This document shows, piece after piece, positions 35,901 to 45,674 of a stretch of DNA of 59,518 nucleotides. How positions within the stretch are numbered: position 1 is the stretch's first letter; every line of letters begins with the position of its first letter. The stretch spans positions 1 through 59,518 of IMG/VR virus record IMGVR_UViG_3300025122_000016; one strand, written 5' to 3'. The notes below the pieces were generated by a model that was not told where the DNA came from, did no database searches, and saw only the letters and a program-made list of their open reading frames with translations. A program made the translations under genes and the position numbers. Origin of the DNA: a virus (lineage: Duplodnaviria; Caudoviricetes).

Positions 35901-38900
35901 GAAGCGAGCTGTTGCACTAAGAGGTATGGGTGAACAGAAAAGGGAACAGGCGGAGCGTGATGCAGAAACTTATAGAATATATAAAGGACCGTTACCAGTA
36001 CCTCGTAAGGTTGGTGAAAGATTTACTGAAGTAGCGGTTGGAGTAAAGGAACTACCTGACGGAAGGTATGAAGTAGTAGCGCATTATCATAAGAGAAGGG
36101 GTGTAGCTGTAAAGGGGTCTGTTACAGGAAAGAGAGCGGCAATACCTTTAGCTCTTTTTCATGCAGATACTAGGGCAGGTGCAGAGGCTATAAGAGATTC
36201 CATAATCACAAACCAACAAGAATTCTATGATCTTGTTAGGATGCACCATGAGGTAGGTAATAGATTTATAGAGATGGGGCGTGGTGATAATAGAGTTTTA
36301 TTCCATATGGATGAAGATGCCTTCTTGGAGAATTGGCTATCCAGAGTAAGCCCATCAGAGCGAGTAGAAATTGAAAATGCATTTACCTCACCTGATGTAC
36401 CTGTTGCGATTGATATCGAAGAAGCGACTGCAGAAGAGGCTGCTATGGCTGAGAAAGCTAAAGCTATTGCCTCAGCTAATAAAGCTAAAGCAGATCAGAG
36501 GGTATTAGATAGGGAAGCAACAGAAAAAGCTCTAGCAAAAGAGGAAAGAGATGCACGTATAGAAGCAGAGAACGCTAAAAAAAAAGTAGATGATGCGTTA
36601 GAAGCTGAAGAAGATATAGTTACAGTTGAGGGAGAGTTAGTTGATAAGCCAGTAGGTATTGTTACAGATTCTGACGCAAGAAGAGATGTAGCTGACTTTT
36701 TTGAACAAGTAGTGCTTGATCAAAGCTATCTCACCGATCAAGACTTTGAAAGAATTGGAGAGATTTATAGAGAGAACCCAATGATAGAGTTGGGTGATAG
36801 ACAGATTACTGCTCAGGAGTATATTCTTGAGCAGTATGAAGAGTCCGGCTTTAGTGATCAAATGATTGCGGAGCGTTTAGAGGTAGCCATACCTGATATA
36901 GATTCTGCGGCTACTCCTCCAATCATTCAATATCTAGAGGAATCCCCTCTTGATGGTATAGAATCTATATCTGCGAAGCTTGATTTAGCGCAACCTGAAC
37001 TTACAGTATCTCATGTCGGAGCAACCGATATCGAAGGAAGGACTGATGACGCTCTAAGATCTTTAGAGATGCAAGGCGATCTTAATAAGAGGCTTGGAAG
37101 AGGCTCACATTATAATCTCTCGCTACCATTTACAGAAACTAAGATTGATATTATTGAAGGCAATGACTTCTTAGAAGGTGCAGGGCATGGCGCTGATATA
37201 GTTGTTCTTCATAGGATTCCTGATGAGGCAACTGCCAGATCTTTAGATAGAGTAGCAGCTGAGATAGGGTACGAAGGAGGGATTTCAGAAGGGCATACTC
37301 TTGATAATTGGAAACAGGCTATATCTGATAGTGGCGCAGATCTTGTTTACATCTTTGGGTCTGGTTCTGCTGGAGACTTCAACGGCCTTGACTTTCAGAG
37401 AGTTCCCGGATATGAGATGGTTGGCGATTGGAACCAAGAAGGGGATATGGAGGCTGGCCAATATGCAGTGCTTAAGAAACTTAGAGAGCACCCTTGGAAG
37501 GATAGGGATCTAGACCCAGCATGGTTACTTGATAGTCCTGTAGAAGAGGAGCAGACAGCTGAGCAGCAAACTCAGGAGATGATTGAGAAGGAGCAAGCTA
37601 CTGCAGAAAGAGAAGCTGCAGAAGCTGCAGAAGAGGCTGCTATAGAGCAAGAGATTGCTGATGCAGAGCAAGATTTGATCATAGGGCAAGAGCCTACTCT
37701 TGATTCCGATGAGTTAGCAATAACTGATTGGGATGCTACAAAAGAAATAGAAGCAGAGATAAGAAACGAGAGAAGACTAGCTCAGAAAAAGACTGACGCT
37801 AATAGAGTTGAGCCTTCTTATGTTTTAGGTATGACTCCAGAAGAAATAAAAAGATCTCTAAAGAGACGACCATCCGAAGGCGGCTATTCTGCCGTAGAAA
37901 TAAATACATTATTACAAAATATAGTTTCATGGGGTGATGAAATATCTACCATTCGTGGTGGAGAAGAAGTCCTCATTGATCCGTCTATAACCCAAAAAGC
38001 TACACGTAAAGCAAAGACAGAAGCAATACTTGATTGGCATAAGCTTGCTAATGATTATGTTATTCTGCGGGATTCTGATCAGGATGCATTCGATGTACCA
38101 GAGATGGAGATAGATGAAGCTCCAGAGTTTATGGTTGAGAAGACTGATGATGGTATGTTTCTTAAAAAGGATGAAGGGGCTTTAGTACACAATGTAGTAA
38201 AGAATAATACTGAGGTAAAATCTAGATTCAGAAAGGCTATGCACCGGATCTGGGGCATAACAGCCACGAAAAGGATGGAGAAGATTGGCTTTATAAAGTA
38301 TGTAACTTTCGATGAAGCAAAGGAACTTATACCATCTTTCTTAGATCGCGAAGGATTAAGAACAAAGATAACAGATAGATACTTAGCCTATTCAGCGCCT
38401 ACTGGAGGTATAATATTTATAACAGATAACCTTCGCAAATACTCTCCATTAGATACTGAATCTGTAAGAGGGATTGTATTTCATGAGTTAGGCGTTCATT
38501 TTGGTAAGGGGATATTCTCCAATAGAGAGCTTGCTAGTATACTAGATCTAACAAAAGATATGTGGCGTATGGGAAATCCTGAAATCAATGAAGCTTACGA
38601 TAAGGTTGTCAGATCTTACTTACCTAAAGAAGCCTTTACCGCTCAGGGGTTGCTCAATAAGAGGGGTGTTGGCTGGTTTAGAGGCTATCAGGAGTGGGGG
38701 AAAGTAGGCGAGGAAGCAGCACTTGTCGGAGAGGGGGCCGCTGTGTTTTGGGAGGAGGTTCTTGCTCATTTTGTTGAGAATAGTTCTCCAGATATTAATC
38801 CAACTTTATGGCAGAAAATACAAACATCTTTTAAATTGTTTATGCGTAGGTTGCTATCTACTTGGACCGATCAGGATGTCATTGATAACTTTACCACAAA

Positions 38901-41900
38901 TGATTTAAAGAATACTATTTCTTATGCATTGCGTCATGTCCCTGATATGGCTCTGGCGCGGTATGGTGACACTAGAGCTATTGAAAGATTAAGGAATAAG
39001 AAGAGGGCTGATTTCTTAGAAGAGTCTGTAGTAAAAAGACCATTGTATCATTACACTACAGCTGACTTTCACTACCCTGTATATGAGTTTACAGAGTTAG
39101 GAATGCATCTAGGCACTATGGATGCAGCCATTAGGATAGGCTTAAAGGGTAATGAACATCAGACAATGGATAACTACGGTGCATTAAGAGGTCAGCCGGG
39201 TATTGATTTTATAGATGACCCCTACGATAGCAGTCTGTATAATAGGAATTTAAAAAATGTTGTTCTTAATTGGGGTAGGCCCTTTCCGGTACAGAGAGCT
39301 GGAAAAAGAACTCCTGTATCTCTAAACAATAAATCCTTGATAGTTCTTGATCCGAGAACTGAAGAGTATTATTATGTTTCCAAAGGAAGGAATTTTATCA
39401 TACCAGTTGCCGGTAATGAGGAAGAGATATCTACAAGACAGAAAATAGAGATGTCCTCAAGAGAAGCAAATCGGTTGACAACAGATGCTAATACTGCAGA
39501 GTTTATATCGGAAAAGCTAGGCAGTGCTGAAGGAAGGGGTATTGAGTGGGCTCAGTTTGAAGATAAATACGTTATCTTTCCTCAAGGTGGTTCTATAAAG
39601 GAAGGGTATGCAAGCATAAAAAATCCATTAAGGATACCGATTGATCTATACGCATGGCATATGCCATCCTCATGGGGAAGGTTTATTGATCTTGAGTCAT
39701 TAACCGATCAATCTGTTATTGATGCTTTAGGATCGGAGTGGTCTCAAGCTAATCGATATACTGGTCCTTCTCCTATAGCTGCTCAGATGAGTAAAGAGAA
39801 ATATGAGGAGTGGAATGACTTTATAGTAAGAAATCTAAAGCATCAAGCATTTTTAAATTCTGAGATAGCCAAGGCTAATCAGAAAGTTTGGGACAATCAG
39901 GCAGAGGAGCAAAGGGGAGAAGTAGAGGGCATTGATCATGAATTAGTAGATAAGAGAGATAGTCTAGAGGAAGACAAAGAGATTCACTTCAAAGAATTTA
40001 GTAGGTATATACGGGATCTTCTAACTGATTTTGGATTCGACTCCATAGAGTATATCAACTACCACGAGCATGAACTTAGTAGATCATATATAGTCTTTAA
40101 TGATGGCCAATTCAAAACAACAGACTCTTTGGCGTGGAGGCCAGAGAATTTAGGCATGGGATTCAAGAAGGTTCTTGATGAAACAGTTGCTGATGAAGTT
40201 AAAAAGACTATGCCTCTGGCTGTTGAGTCAACAAAGCAATTAGGTAAAGGTATTGTTGGTAATGCTAGAGCGGATGGATTCTTAACTAAGATGCAGAAAT
40301 TGGTAGAACCATTGGCTACTGTTCCCGGGTGGGAAGAGCTTGAGGTTGGCAGGATGCTTGCAAAAGGCGAGTCTACAATTGCAGTTAACCAAGCTAGAGT
40401 AATATTTGATATTCTTAATCAGGCTAATAGAAAAGAAAAGAAGGCTATCTTTGAGTACTTCACTACAAGAGGTGCCTCTCCAGATAGCCTACCAACAAGA
40501 ACGGTTGATTACGCAGGGGTAGAGTCAGTACTTGGGGGAAGGAGAACTAGTGGGATAGGGGTTGATCCAGATAATATTCATAATGTAAGCATAAAAGATA
40601 AGGTAATTGAAGTAAAGAAATCCATAGAGGGGTATGGAGAAGAACTAGTAGACAGGGGATTGATAAGTCAAGATCAGTATTCAGAGCTGAAAGGCAAGTA
40701 TTTACCACAGCTGTATCTTAAATATCTAGTAGATGACAGCATGCGTAGGTCTTTAGGTACGGGACTAAAGGCATCTACTTTGGATTATACAAAGGCTAGA
40801 AAGGTTCACGATGAGTGGATTGCTCAAATTCTTTTTGGCAAGATTGATGATCCAGCATTCTTGGCGTCAAGATATGTTGGTCAGGTTGGGAGAGACATAT
40901 CGATTATAAAGTACTTGCAATTTATAGCTTCTGACCCCGGCAATAACAAGTGGGTAATACCACAACAGCTTGTAAGTTACAGGGGCATCAATGGAACAGC
41001 AGACTTTTTCCTTAATGAGTCAGCTGGCCTAAGCCATAGGGCAGATATAACAGAGAAGACTGATCCAGAAAGAGCTAAAGAGATGCGTACTATTTCATCT
41101 GAAATGAATAGAGCTGCTAATAGTGTGCAAGATTTTAGCGTGTACAATCAAAAGATGTATAAGCGTATGCCTTCTCATCCAAGGTATGGTGCTATGCGAG
41201 GTCTGTTAGTGCGAAAAGAAATATATGATGACCTTGTTGGATTGTCGACATCCGGCGAGATGTCGTTACCTCAAAGCTTTCTAAGTGATAGAGGCTGGGG
41301 CACCAAGATAACTCAAGTGTTTAAATATACTAGAGTGCCAATGAATATACCAACACAGGCTCGCAACTTTGTGTCTAACATGATACTGTTACATACATCT
41401 GGAGCTGGCGGGGTGCTTGGTTTGGGTATTCCTAGACTGATAACAAAGTCAATGAGTGATATTGTTAATAATGGCAAGTATATGCAGATAGCTAGGAAGT
41501 ATGGAATTGAAGGAACCACATTTGCTACTGAAGAGTTAGCAAGGATAGACAGGGAGTTACTTGCAGTAAAGGCAAGCGGGGATACGTTTGAAGGAGCCAA
41601 AGCCAGAGCCGCTATATTTTTTGATAACTGGATCGACATAGCAGGAAGAGCATACCAGAAATCAGAAGTGCTTTTTAAGGTAGCAAAAATAATGGATGGA
41701 ATGGAGAAGGGGCTTAAGGAATCTGATGCTGTACGGGCGGCAAACAATGCTATCATAGACTACAGCCAAGTATCCCAAGGCATAAGGTATTTGCGTAGAG
41801 TCCCATTCGGTTCTCCATTTATAACATTTAATGCTAAGGTCCTACCTCAGTTGTTGAGAAACCTTAAGAGTAATCCATTGCATTTCTTGCCTTATGTTGC

Positions 41901-42684
41901 GCTGCCCTATATAATAAAGGAAGCTTTAATTGCACAGCATGAGGATTTAGATGACGAGGATGTTAATATTCTAAAGAGGTTGTTGCCTGAGTGGGCTAGA
42001 GAAAGGGCTGGAATATATTTCCTACCATTTAAAGATGAGAACAATAGATGGACCGCGCTTGATCTAGGGTACATGTTACCATGGACGGCGCATTTTGAAC
42101 TGTCTAAGAACTTAGGTAAGGGAGAGTTCGGTAAAGCTTTTGGCAATACAGGTATGTTTACTGGGCCAATGGACCTTGTTGTTGGATTGAAGACAAACCA
42201 AGATCCATTCTTAAATAAAGAGATATGGAATGATTCTGATCCAGCGGCGCAACAGTACCAAGATATCCTAGGCTTTATAACAAGTTATATAGTTCCTCCA
42301 TTCATGTCCCCAAGGAATCAATCAGGAGATACAATAACTGGCGGCGGTCCAATCATAAAGTTAATGATGGCCTCTGGATATATGGATGGTAATATAGATT
42401 CTGATGGGCTACCTAGGTATACTGTACCACGGTCGTGGGCTTCCATGTTTGGGTTTAATACATATAATGTAAATGAACTTTCCGCCGCAAGAAATGTTCA
42501 GTGGATGGAGAGGGAGGCTCTTAGGATAGAGAAGCGGTTAAACAATTTATTACTTAATCCTAATCTATCCATGGAAAAAAGACAGAAGCTTTATACAGCG
42601 TATGTTGAGCATCTAGCAGATAAGGTTAGGAAGACTTACGAGTACTATGATAGCGTGAAGGGCTATGAAAAAATGTTCCAATAA
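32938..42684 (+). CDS. Giant polyvalent DNA-ejection protein, 3248 aa (metallopeptidase + ADP-ribosyltransferase + C-terminal translocation region)
   Basis: FHELGVH...EEVLAH; PLYH.T...GMHLGT...SIKNPL...GFDSIEY.N.HE..SYIVF..GQFK; C-terminal helical region (IDYSQV, PFITF, NQDPF...IW). Confidence 0.8.
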   Translation: MADNQEQKIYLFDYPAVTRWDTPVDQLNQALDTTNVSSEERSLAEAFHGGYKNLQHLAASYMMKTGKQLLDPEGFEHEGIGRWLFETGEDWYTEVGADIADDKHRPRWKDVEGVGETSSWFADAIAEQIPLMAPGVIGGGLVGIAAAAAGWPVLAVTGAVWGTVGLTSYLLNTGDAYSKQLQKGGKIDEHVADVAGVVAAAFDVIIPGVITGKVVKALGPKLSKNLRDGLQKNVAKNLRLNTAVGTRIKRGITYALVEGSTEYLQEGLLEASVNYVNDLPPFDYSPEQKEIMTEAFWVGWGAGGAFGVTTPTGSRAQRKALEAESAAADAEVAASEAKAAADEAVLSEAVDESTALEAIEEVAAEAPPRSMRRRGTLPTTAPPPATPEFDTGLAGIGPFGDPLATPYTRPGDRAPLDAEEATLETGDPYAPTRMDRVRSRRAARRAERSEVDDTLARLERGVEADGGIPVITGPAAETVTASDAGLLDIGEPIRPIRKKFETAGETGRVLGRRRREAKIEAEAAARAEQERLDAIEAERILREKREAADIEAESVALAESSNRQIQDAVNMANTLMDLVLARGWDEARTIRFTSQKAGDISASNGQAAADAFNAVISQRMAREAEAKAAESAPTAPKARSPKEEAELAATIAELQERFGTIFEERPAITQLAVSATPEPAKPKKRPTTKRTPPAVAPPKESVVWSDDRGVLTANVGVGTPAEAEVIVKEVDGEWVAWVGDAEVTTDGMPESDQKVFKSSEDAKRFVIRQYGSEAEAAAIPKGRPKTKAATAGATPSAPSSAPAPAAAPSPSPAKTPTPKIKKPAIGPNMTKKEFDYYSTQEAGVLSQKRINYIAAKRVRGTELNKWESGAILWDNQAERVARAEGRIRKATEKPAEKPAAARKPLRVLPYSKVTTNEEGIPLQIEKNDEGTFNLLLGVEDQNVIGVYKSRSTAKNVADGLTSSDVGKRLAAPLKLEARTLRRDYSDWKKRAVALRGMGEQKREQAERDAETYRIYKGPLPVPRKVGERFTEVAVGVKELPDGRYEVVAHYHKRRGVAVKGSVTGKRAAIPLALFHADTRAGAEAIRDSIITNQQEFYDLVRMHHEVGNRFIEMGRGDNRVLFHMDEDAFLENWLSRVSPSERVEIENAFTSPDVPVAIDIEEATAEEAAMAEKAKAIASANKAKADQRVLDREATEKALAKEERDARIEAENAKKKVDDALEAEEDIVTVEGELVDKPVGIVTDSDARRDVADFFEQVVLDQSYLTDQDFERIGEIYRENPMIELGDRQITAQEYILEQYEESGFSDQMIAERLEVAIPDIDSAATPPIIQYLEESPLDGIESISAKLDLAQPELTVSHVGATDIEGRTDDALRSLEMQGDLNKRLGRGSHYNLSLPFTETKIDIIEGNDFLEGAGHGADIVVLHRIPDEATARSLDRVAAEIGYEGGISEGHTLDNWKQAISDSGADLVYIFGSGSAGDFNGLDFQRVPGYEMVGDWNQEGDMEAGQYAVLKKLREHPWKDRDLDPAWLLDSPVEEEQTAEQQTQEMIEKEQATAEREAAEAAEEAAIEQEIADAEQDLIIGQEPTLDSDELAITDWDATKEIEAEIRNERRLAQKKTDANRVEPSYVLGMTPEEIKRSLKRRPSEGGYSAVEINTLLQNIVSWGDEISTIRGGEEVLIDPSITQKATRKAKTEAILDWHKLANDYVILRDSDQDAFDVPEMEIDEAPEFMVEKTDDGMFLKKDEGALVHNVVKNNTEVKSRFRKAMHRIWGITATKRMEKIGFIKYVTFDEAKELIPSFLDREGLRTKITDRYLAYSAPTGGIIFITDNLRKYSPLDTESVRGIVFHELGVHFGKGIFSNRELASILDLTKDMWRMGNPEINEAYDKVVRSYLPKEAFTAQGLLNKRGVGWFRGYQEWGKVGEEAALVGEGAAVFWEEVLAHFVENSSPDINPTLWQKIQTSFKLFMRRLLSTWTDQDVIDNFTTNDLKNTISYALRHVPDMALARYGDTRAIERLRNKKRADFLEESVVKRPLYHYTTADFHYPVYEFTELGMHLGTMDAAIRIGLKGNEHQTMDNYGALRGQPGIDFIDDPYDSSLYNRNLKNVVLNWGRPFPVQRAGKRTPVSLNNKSLIVLDPRTEEYYYVSKGRNFIIPVAGNEEEISTRQKIEMSSREANRLTTDANTAEFISEKLGSAEGRGIEWAQFEDKYVIFPQGGSIKEGYASIKNPLRIPIDLYAWHMPSSWGRFIDLESLTDQSVIDALGSEWSQANRYTGPSPIAAQMSKEKYEEWNDFIVRNLKHQAFLNSEIAKANQKVWDNQAEEQRGEVEGIDHELVDKRDSLEEDKEIHFKEFSRYIRDLLTDFGFDSIEYINYHEHELSRSYIVFNDGQFKTTDSLAWRPENLGMGFKKVLDETVADEVKKTMPLAVESTKQLGKGIVGNARADGFLTKMQKLVEPLATVPGWEELEVGRMLAKGESTIAVNQARVIFDILNQANRKEKKAIFEYFTTRGASPDSLPTRTVDYAGVESVLGGRRTSGIGVDPDNIHNVSIKDKVIEVKKSIEGYGEELVDRGLISQDQYSELKGKYLPQLYLKYLVDDSMRRSLGTGLKASTLDYTKARKVHDEWIAQILFGKIDDPAFLASRYVGQVGRDISIIKYLQFIASDPGNNKWVIPQQLVSYRGINGTADFFLNESAGLSHRADITEKTDPERAKEMRTISSEMNRAANSVQDFSVYNQKMYKRMPSHPRYGAMRGLLVRKEIYDDLVGLSTSGEMSLPQSFLSDRGWGTKITQVFKYTRVPMNIPTQARNFVSNMILLHTSGAGGVLGLGIPRLITKSMSDIVNNGKYMQIARKYGIEGTTFATEELARIDRELLAVKASGDTFEGAKARAAIFFDNWIDIAGRAYQKSEVLFKVAKIMDGMEKGLKESDAVRAANNAIIDYSQVSQGIRYLRRVPFGSPFITFNAKVLPQLLRNLKSNPLHFLPYVALPYIIKEALIAQHEDLDDEDVNILKRLLPEWARERAGIYFLPFKDENNRWTALDLGYMLPWTAHFELSKNLGKGEFGKAFGNTGMFTGPMDLVVGLKTNQDPFLNKEIWNDSDPAAQQYQDILGFITSYIVPPFMSPRNQSGDTITGGGPIIKLMMASGYMDGNIDSDGLPRYTVPRSWASMFGFNTYNVNELSAARNVQWMEREALRIEKRLNNLLLNPNLSMEKRQKLYTAYVEHLADKVRKTYEYYDSVKGYEKMFQ

Positions 42685-42967
42685 CAAGCACCAATTGGTT
42701 GAGGTTGAGTGGTATGATATAATAGCTACTGCTGGTTGGGAGAAGGACGACGAGGTGAACTGTCCTTTGTTTATTTCGGTGGGATATTTAATAAAGCAGG
42801 ATGATTCGTTTGTTAAAATAGCTACAACAAAGGATGAAAAGAATGATTGGTATGGCTGGCATGTCTTTCCATCTGGTTGCGTAAAAAAGATACGCCCCCT
42901 TTCGGGGGCGGTAATTGAAGATGCTCCTGTTACCCGAAAAACAGTACAGACAAAACGGAAGAAATAA
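42665..42967 (+). CDS. Conserved phage hypothetical protein
   Basis: LVEVEWYDI...GW...SVGYL...FPSGCVKKI. Confidence 0.75.
   Translation: MKKCSNNKHQLVEVEWYDIIATAGWEKDDEVNCPLFISVGYLIKQDDSFVKIATTKDEKNDWYGWHVFPSGCVKKIRPLSGAVIEDAPVTRKTVQTKRKK
42883..42910 (-). terminator. Rho-independent terminator of the leftward arm
   Basis: On -: CGCCCCC-GAAA-GGGGGCG-TATCTTTTTT at the convergence of the two arms. Confidence 0.8.
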
Positions 42968-43025
42968 ATATAAAGGAACAGTAGAATATAGCAAGGCCAA
43001 TGGCAGCTCTAATAACCCTATCCAT
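42930..43025 (-). CDS. Tiny membrane protein, 31 aa
   Basis: MDRVIRAAIGLAIFYCSFIFISSVLSVLFFG; overlaps the upstream stop. Confidence 0.45.
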   Translation of the reverse strand: MDRVIRAAIGLAIFYCSFIFISSVLSVLFFG

Positions 43026-43806
43026 ATGTTGAGAGGATTTTACGTTGTGTTACCGATCTTATCTCATCATAATATCCTTCATTGTCTAGGCCCTCCAGCA
43101 TTATGACTCCACGCCACCAAGTATATTCCGTATCCCTGCACCAGCTTTCTGAATATTTTGGGTGTGAATAACATCCAGCAGATAGGCCAAATATTTTTTG
43201 CCCGTCTGGCCTTGTTTGTTCTGCGTGGTTGTATAGGTGGGAATGGCCTTGAACAGCAGAGCAGTGTAGCTTTGAAACAAGTTGGTGACCTATATGCATT
43301 GAGCTAATAGGCCTGCCAGATACTCCTGTTGTGAAGTAGTGAGAGAAGACTATACCTTTGATAGACAGACAATGCTTAAACTCAGTTATCTTCCATCCAA
43401 ATTTGGAGTACTGTAAGTCTTCAATTCCTATAGTCCCATCTAGTTCTGGTGATGTATTTATAGCCCTAAGTATTCTATCTTCGTGGTTGCCTAGGCACAT
43501 GTTAAGTTTAGGCTTGTATTGTTTTTCTTTGTTCTTTTTCTTTTGCTGATTAAACTTCTTTAATGGGAGAAACAATCTTTCTTGTGCATCTATAGCTGAC
43601 TCGATATCTTTTTTAAATCTTCTTCCTTCAAATCCTTTTGTTCCTTTGTCGTAAGAAGAAAGGCTACTCATGTCTGCAAGGTCACCGAGACAGGTTATGT
43701 ATTCTGGTTTTTCATTGACTATTAATTCTCCAAGAGCCTCAAACCTGTCGTTATCATAGTCAGGTGAGGCGTGACAGTCTGGGATGATAAGCATATTGCT
43801 CGTCAT
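43018..43806 (-). CDS. Calcineurin-like metallophosphoesterase
   Basis: PDCH, GDLAD, GNHE, SH, GHSH motifs. Confidence 0.9.
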   Translation of the reverse strand: MTSNMLIIPDCHASPDYDNDRFEALGELIVNEKPEYITCLGDLADMSSLSSYDKGTKGFEGRRFKKDIESAIDAQERLFLPLKKFNQQKKKNKEKQYKPKLNMCLGNHEDRILRAINTSPELDGTIGIEDLQYSKFGWKITEFKHCLSIKGIVFSHYFTTGVSGRPISSMHIGHQLVSKLHCSAVQGHSHLYNHAEQTRPDGQKIFGLSAGCYSHPKYSESWCRDTEYTWWRGVIMLEGLDNEGYYDEIRSVTQRKILSTYG

Positions 43807-43816
43807 ATCTGTTCTC

Positions 43817-45661
43817 CTATAGCTCGCATGCATCAGCTGTGCATGCTAATTCTTGGCTTCCTATTGTGTAGTCATCTTCTTCAGAGATGCTATCCCAATC
43901 TATAGGGCTCTTTGTTTTCTCATATAACTCACCCCATACATCAGTTGTTACTTCTTCGTATGGAGCCGCCTCATAAATATGATCGTCGTCCGCTTTAGGA
44001 AGAAAGCTTAGACCGCTAATTATATCAAAGTTCTCCCAACACCAAGCACCAACAGATAGCCATTCGTCTCCCCCAACATAGATGGTAACGCTTGGCTTGT
44101 GCTCGCACCAGTAGAGAGCAAACTTCTTCCATATCTCAAGATGATCTAGCGCGGTTATTTGATTTCTTGTTATAGATTTTGTAGATGCGCCCATTGGAAA
44201 CTCAAAAACTATGGCGTCTTTATTGTATGGGTCAGTAATGTAGGGCTTTCCAGATTTAATCAACGCTTGATTAAGGGGGTCTTTAATGTCCTGTCTTACT
44301 CGTCTAATATAATACTGGGCATAAGCTGGATGCAGGCCGGACCCAGATACTCCAACTAACTGGCTAACTGTACCAGAAGGCTTGATACATGTAACTGCCA
44401 CAGATTGATTTACCTTTAGCTTCTTTGCCCATATCTTATTCTGCTCTACAGCGTGATCCCTAAGACTCATCAGCTCTTCTGGTGTTGCATGAAGAATTTC
44501 TGGGCAATCAAACACGCCTGTAAGGCTTACACCTAGCAATCTCTCCTCTTCTGCATTGCGTTTCCATATTGGGCGCACATATCTAAAGTCTGTTAGAGTG
44601 GACTGGTAGGTTCCTAGTATAGTAGCTAGTCTTACCTTTCTTTTAACATCTTCTAATGTATCTTTAGCTCTAAGCACTACTTCTGATAAATTGCACAAAC
44701 CGGAACTTCGAAGTATCACCTCACTGCAGGGATTGCAACCGAAGTCATGGTCTGTATCTCTGCGATCAGGGGCGAGGTCTTTAGCTGCTTGACGGTTAAA
44801 GATTCCTCTCTCTCCACTCTTGGATTCATATAGAGATATCCATTCACGCATGAATATACCAATGTCTGGTCTCTCTGTGTAACATACAGAGTTATTTGAC
44901 AGTGCTCTTTGTGGTTCATCAATCCACCATTGGCCCATCTTGGCTCGTTGCATTCTCTCATCAGTTAGATTGCTTAAGCTTAGTTCAGCGGCCCGGCGTA
45001 CACCCCCTACAACTACAGCCTCACCATTAAAGCATAAAAGATCATGGCATTCTATACTGTTTAATCTACGGCCAGACGCTCCCTTGAATATTCTTATGTA
45101 TTGGTTGAATAGTTTCTTAAGAGGTTCAGGGCCTGACGCTCTGCCTCCAAATGTTTTAAGCCTAGCACCAGATGGTCGTATTCTTGAGTAGTCAATCTCA
45201 GGTATCCTTCCTTGGTACAGCAGGCTAATCAACTCTCTTAGTGCGCTTGCCCATCCTATCTTGCTATCCCTTACAACAACAGTTGTTTCTGTTGAGTTAA
45301 ATGAGTCAGCTACATCAGGTAGCTTGCTTATGAACTGTCTCTCTACGCTAAACCCAACCCCGGTACCGCATAAAAGAACATACAAGTTCTCATCAAAAGC
45401 TCTCACATGATCAACAGCTATGAAGGAACAATTGTATCCTGCCATGTTATCTCTGGACAATGCTGGTCCCGCAGTCATTAATGCTCTCATGCTTGGCATT
45501 ATTTCCATGTCCAAGATAGCTTGCTTTACTTCATCGGGTAGAGGTTTGTCCCAAAAGTTACAGTATCTATCTACTGTTTCCTCCCAAGTTTCTCTACGCC
45601 CTTCCTTGTCAAGGTATCTAGCGTACCTACTTTTGTGTATGAATTTTTGATACTCGTTCAT
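43817..45661 (-). CDS. nrdJ: Class II (adenosylcobalamin) ribonucleotide reductase, monomeric RTPR type
   Basis: SRYAR, PSMR, YNCS, GTGVGFSV, GGVRR, NPCSE, LCNL, KPSGT, C-terminal ACTADACEL; no beta-subunit gene. Confidence 0.92.
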   Translation of the reverse strand: MNEYQKFIHKSRYARYLDKEGRRETWEETVDRYCNFWDKPLPDEVKQAILDMEIMPSMRALMTAGPALSRDNMAGYNCSFIAVDHVRAFDENLYVLLCGTGVGFSVERQFISKLPDVADSFNSTETTVVVRDSKIGWASALRELISLLYQGRIPEIDYSRIRPSGARLKTFGGRASGPEPLKKLFNQYIRIFKGASGRRLNSIECHDLLCFNGEAVVVGGVRRAAELSLSNLTDERMQRAKMGQWWIDEPQRALSNNSVCYTERPDIGIFMREWISLYESKSGERGIFNRQAAKDLAPDRRDTDHDFGCNPCSEVILRSSGLCNLSEVVLRAKDTLEDVKRKVRLATILGTYQSTLTDFRYVRPIWKRNAEEERLLGVSLTGVFDCPEILHATPEELMSLRDHAVEQNKIWAKKLKVNQSVAVTCIKPSGTVSQLVGVSGSGLHPAYAQYYIRRVRQDIKDPLNQALIKSGKPYITDPYNKDAIVFEFPMGASTKSITRNQITALDHLEIWKKFALYWCEHKPSVTIYVGGDEWLSVGAWCWENFDIISGLSFLPKADDDHIYEAAPYEEVTTDVWGELYEKTKSPIDWDSISEEDDYTIGSQELACTADACEL

Positions 45662-45674
45662 TCTTTTCCCTCTA

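Noticed and set aside
33885-42146. Numerous 60-150 aa minus-strand ORFs opposite the giant gene and other structural genes
   Set aside because: Shadow ORFs from codon bias of Ala/Glu/Gly-rich sense genes; Ser/Leu-rich and without RBS.
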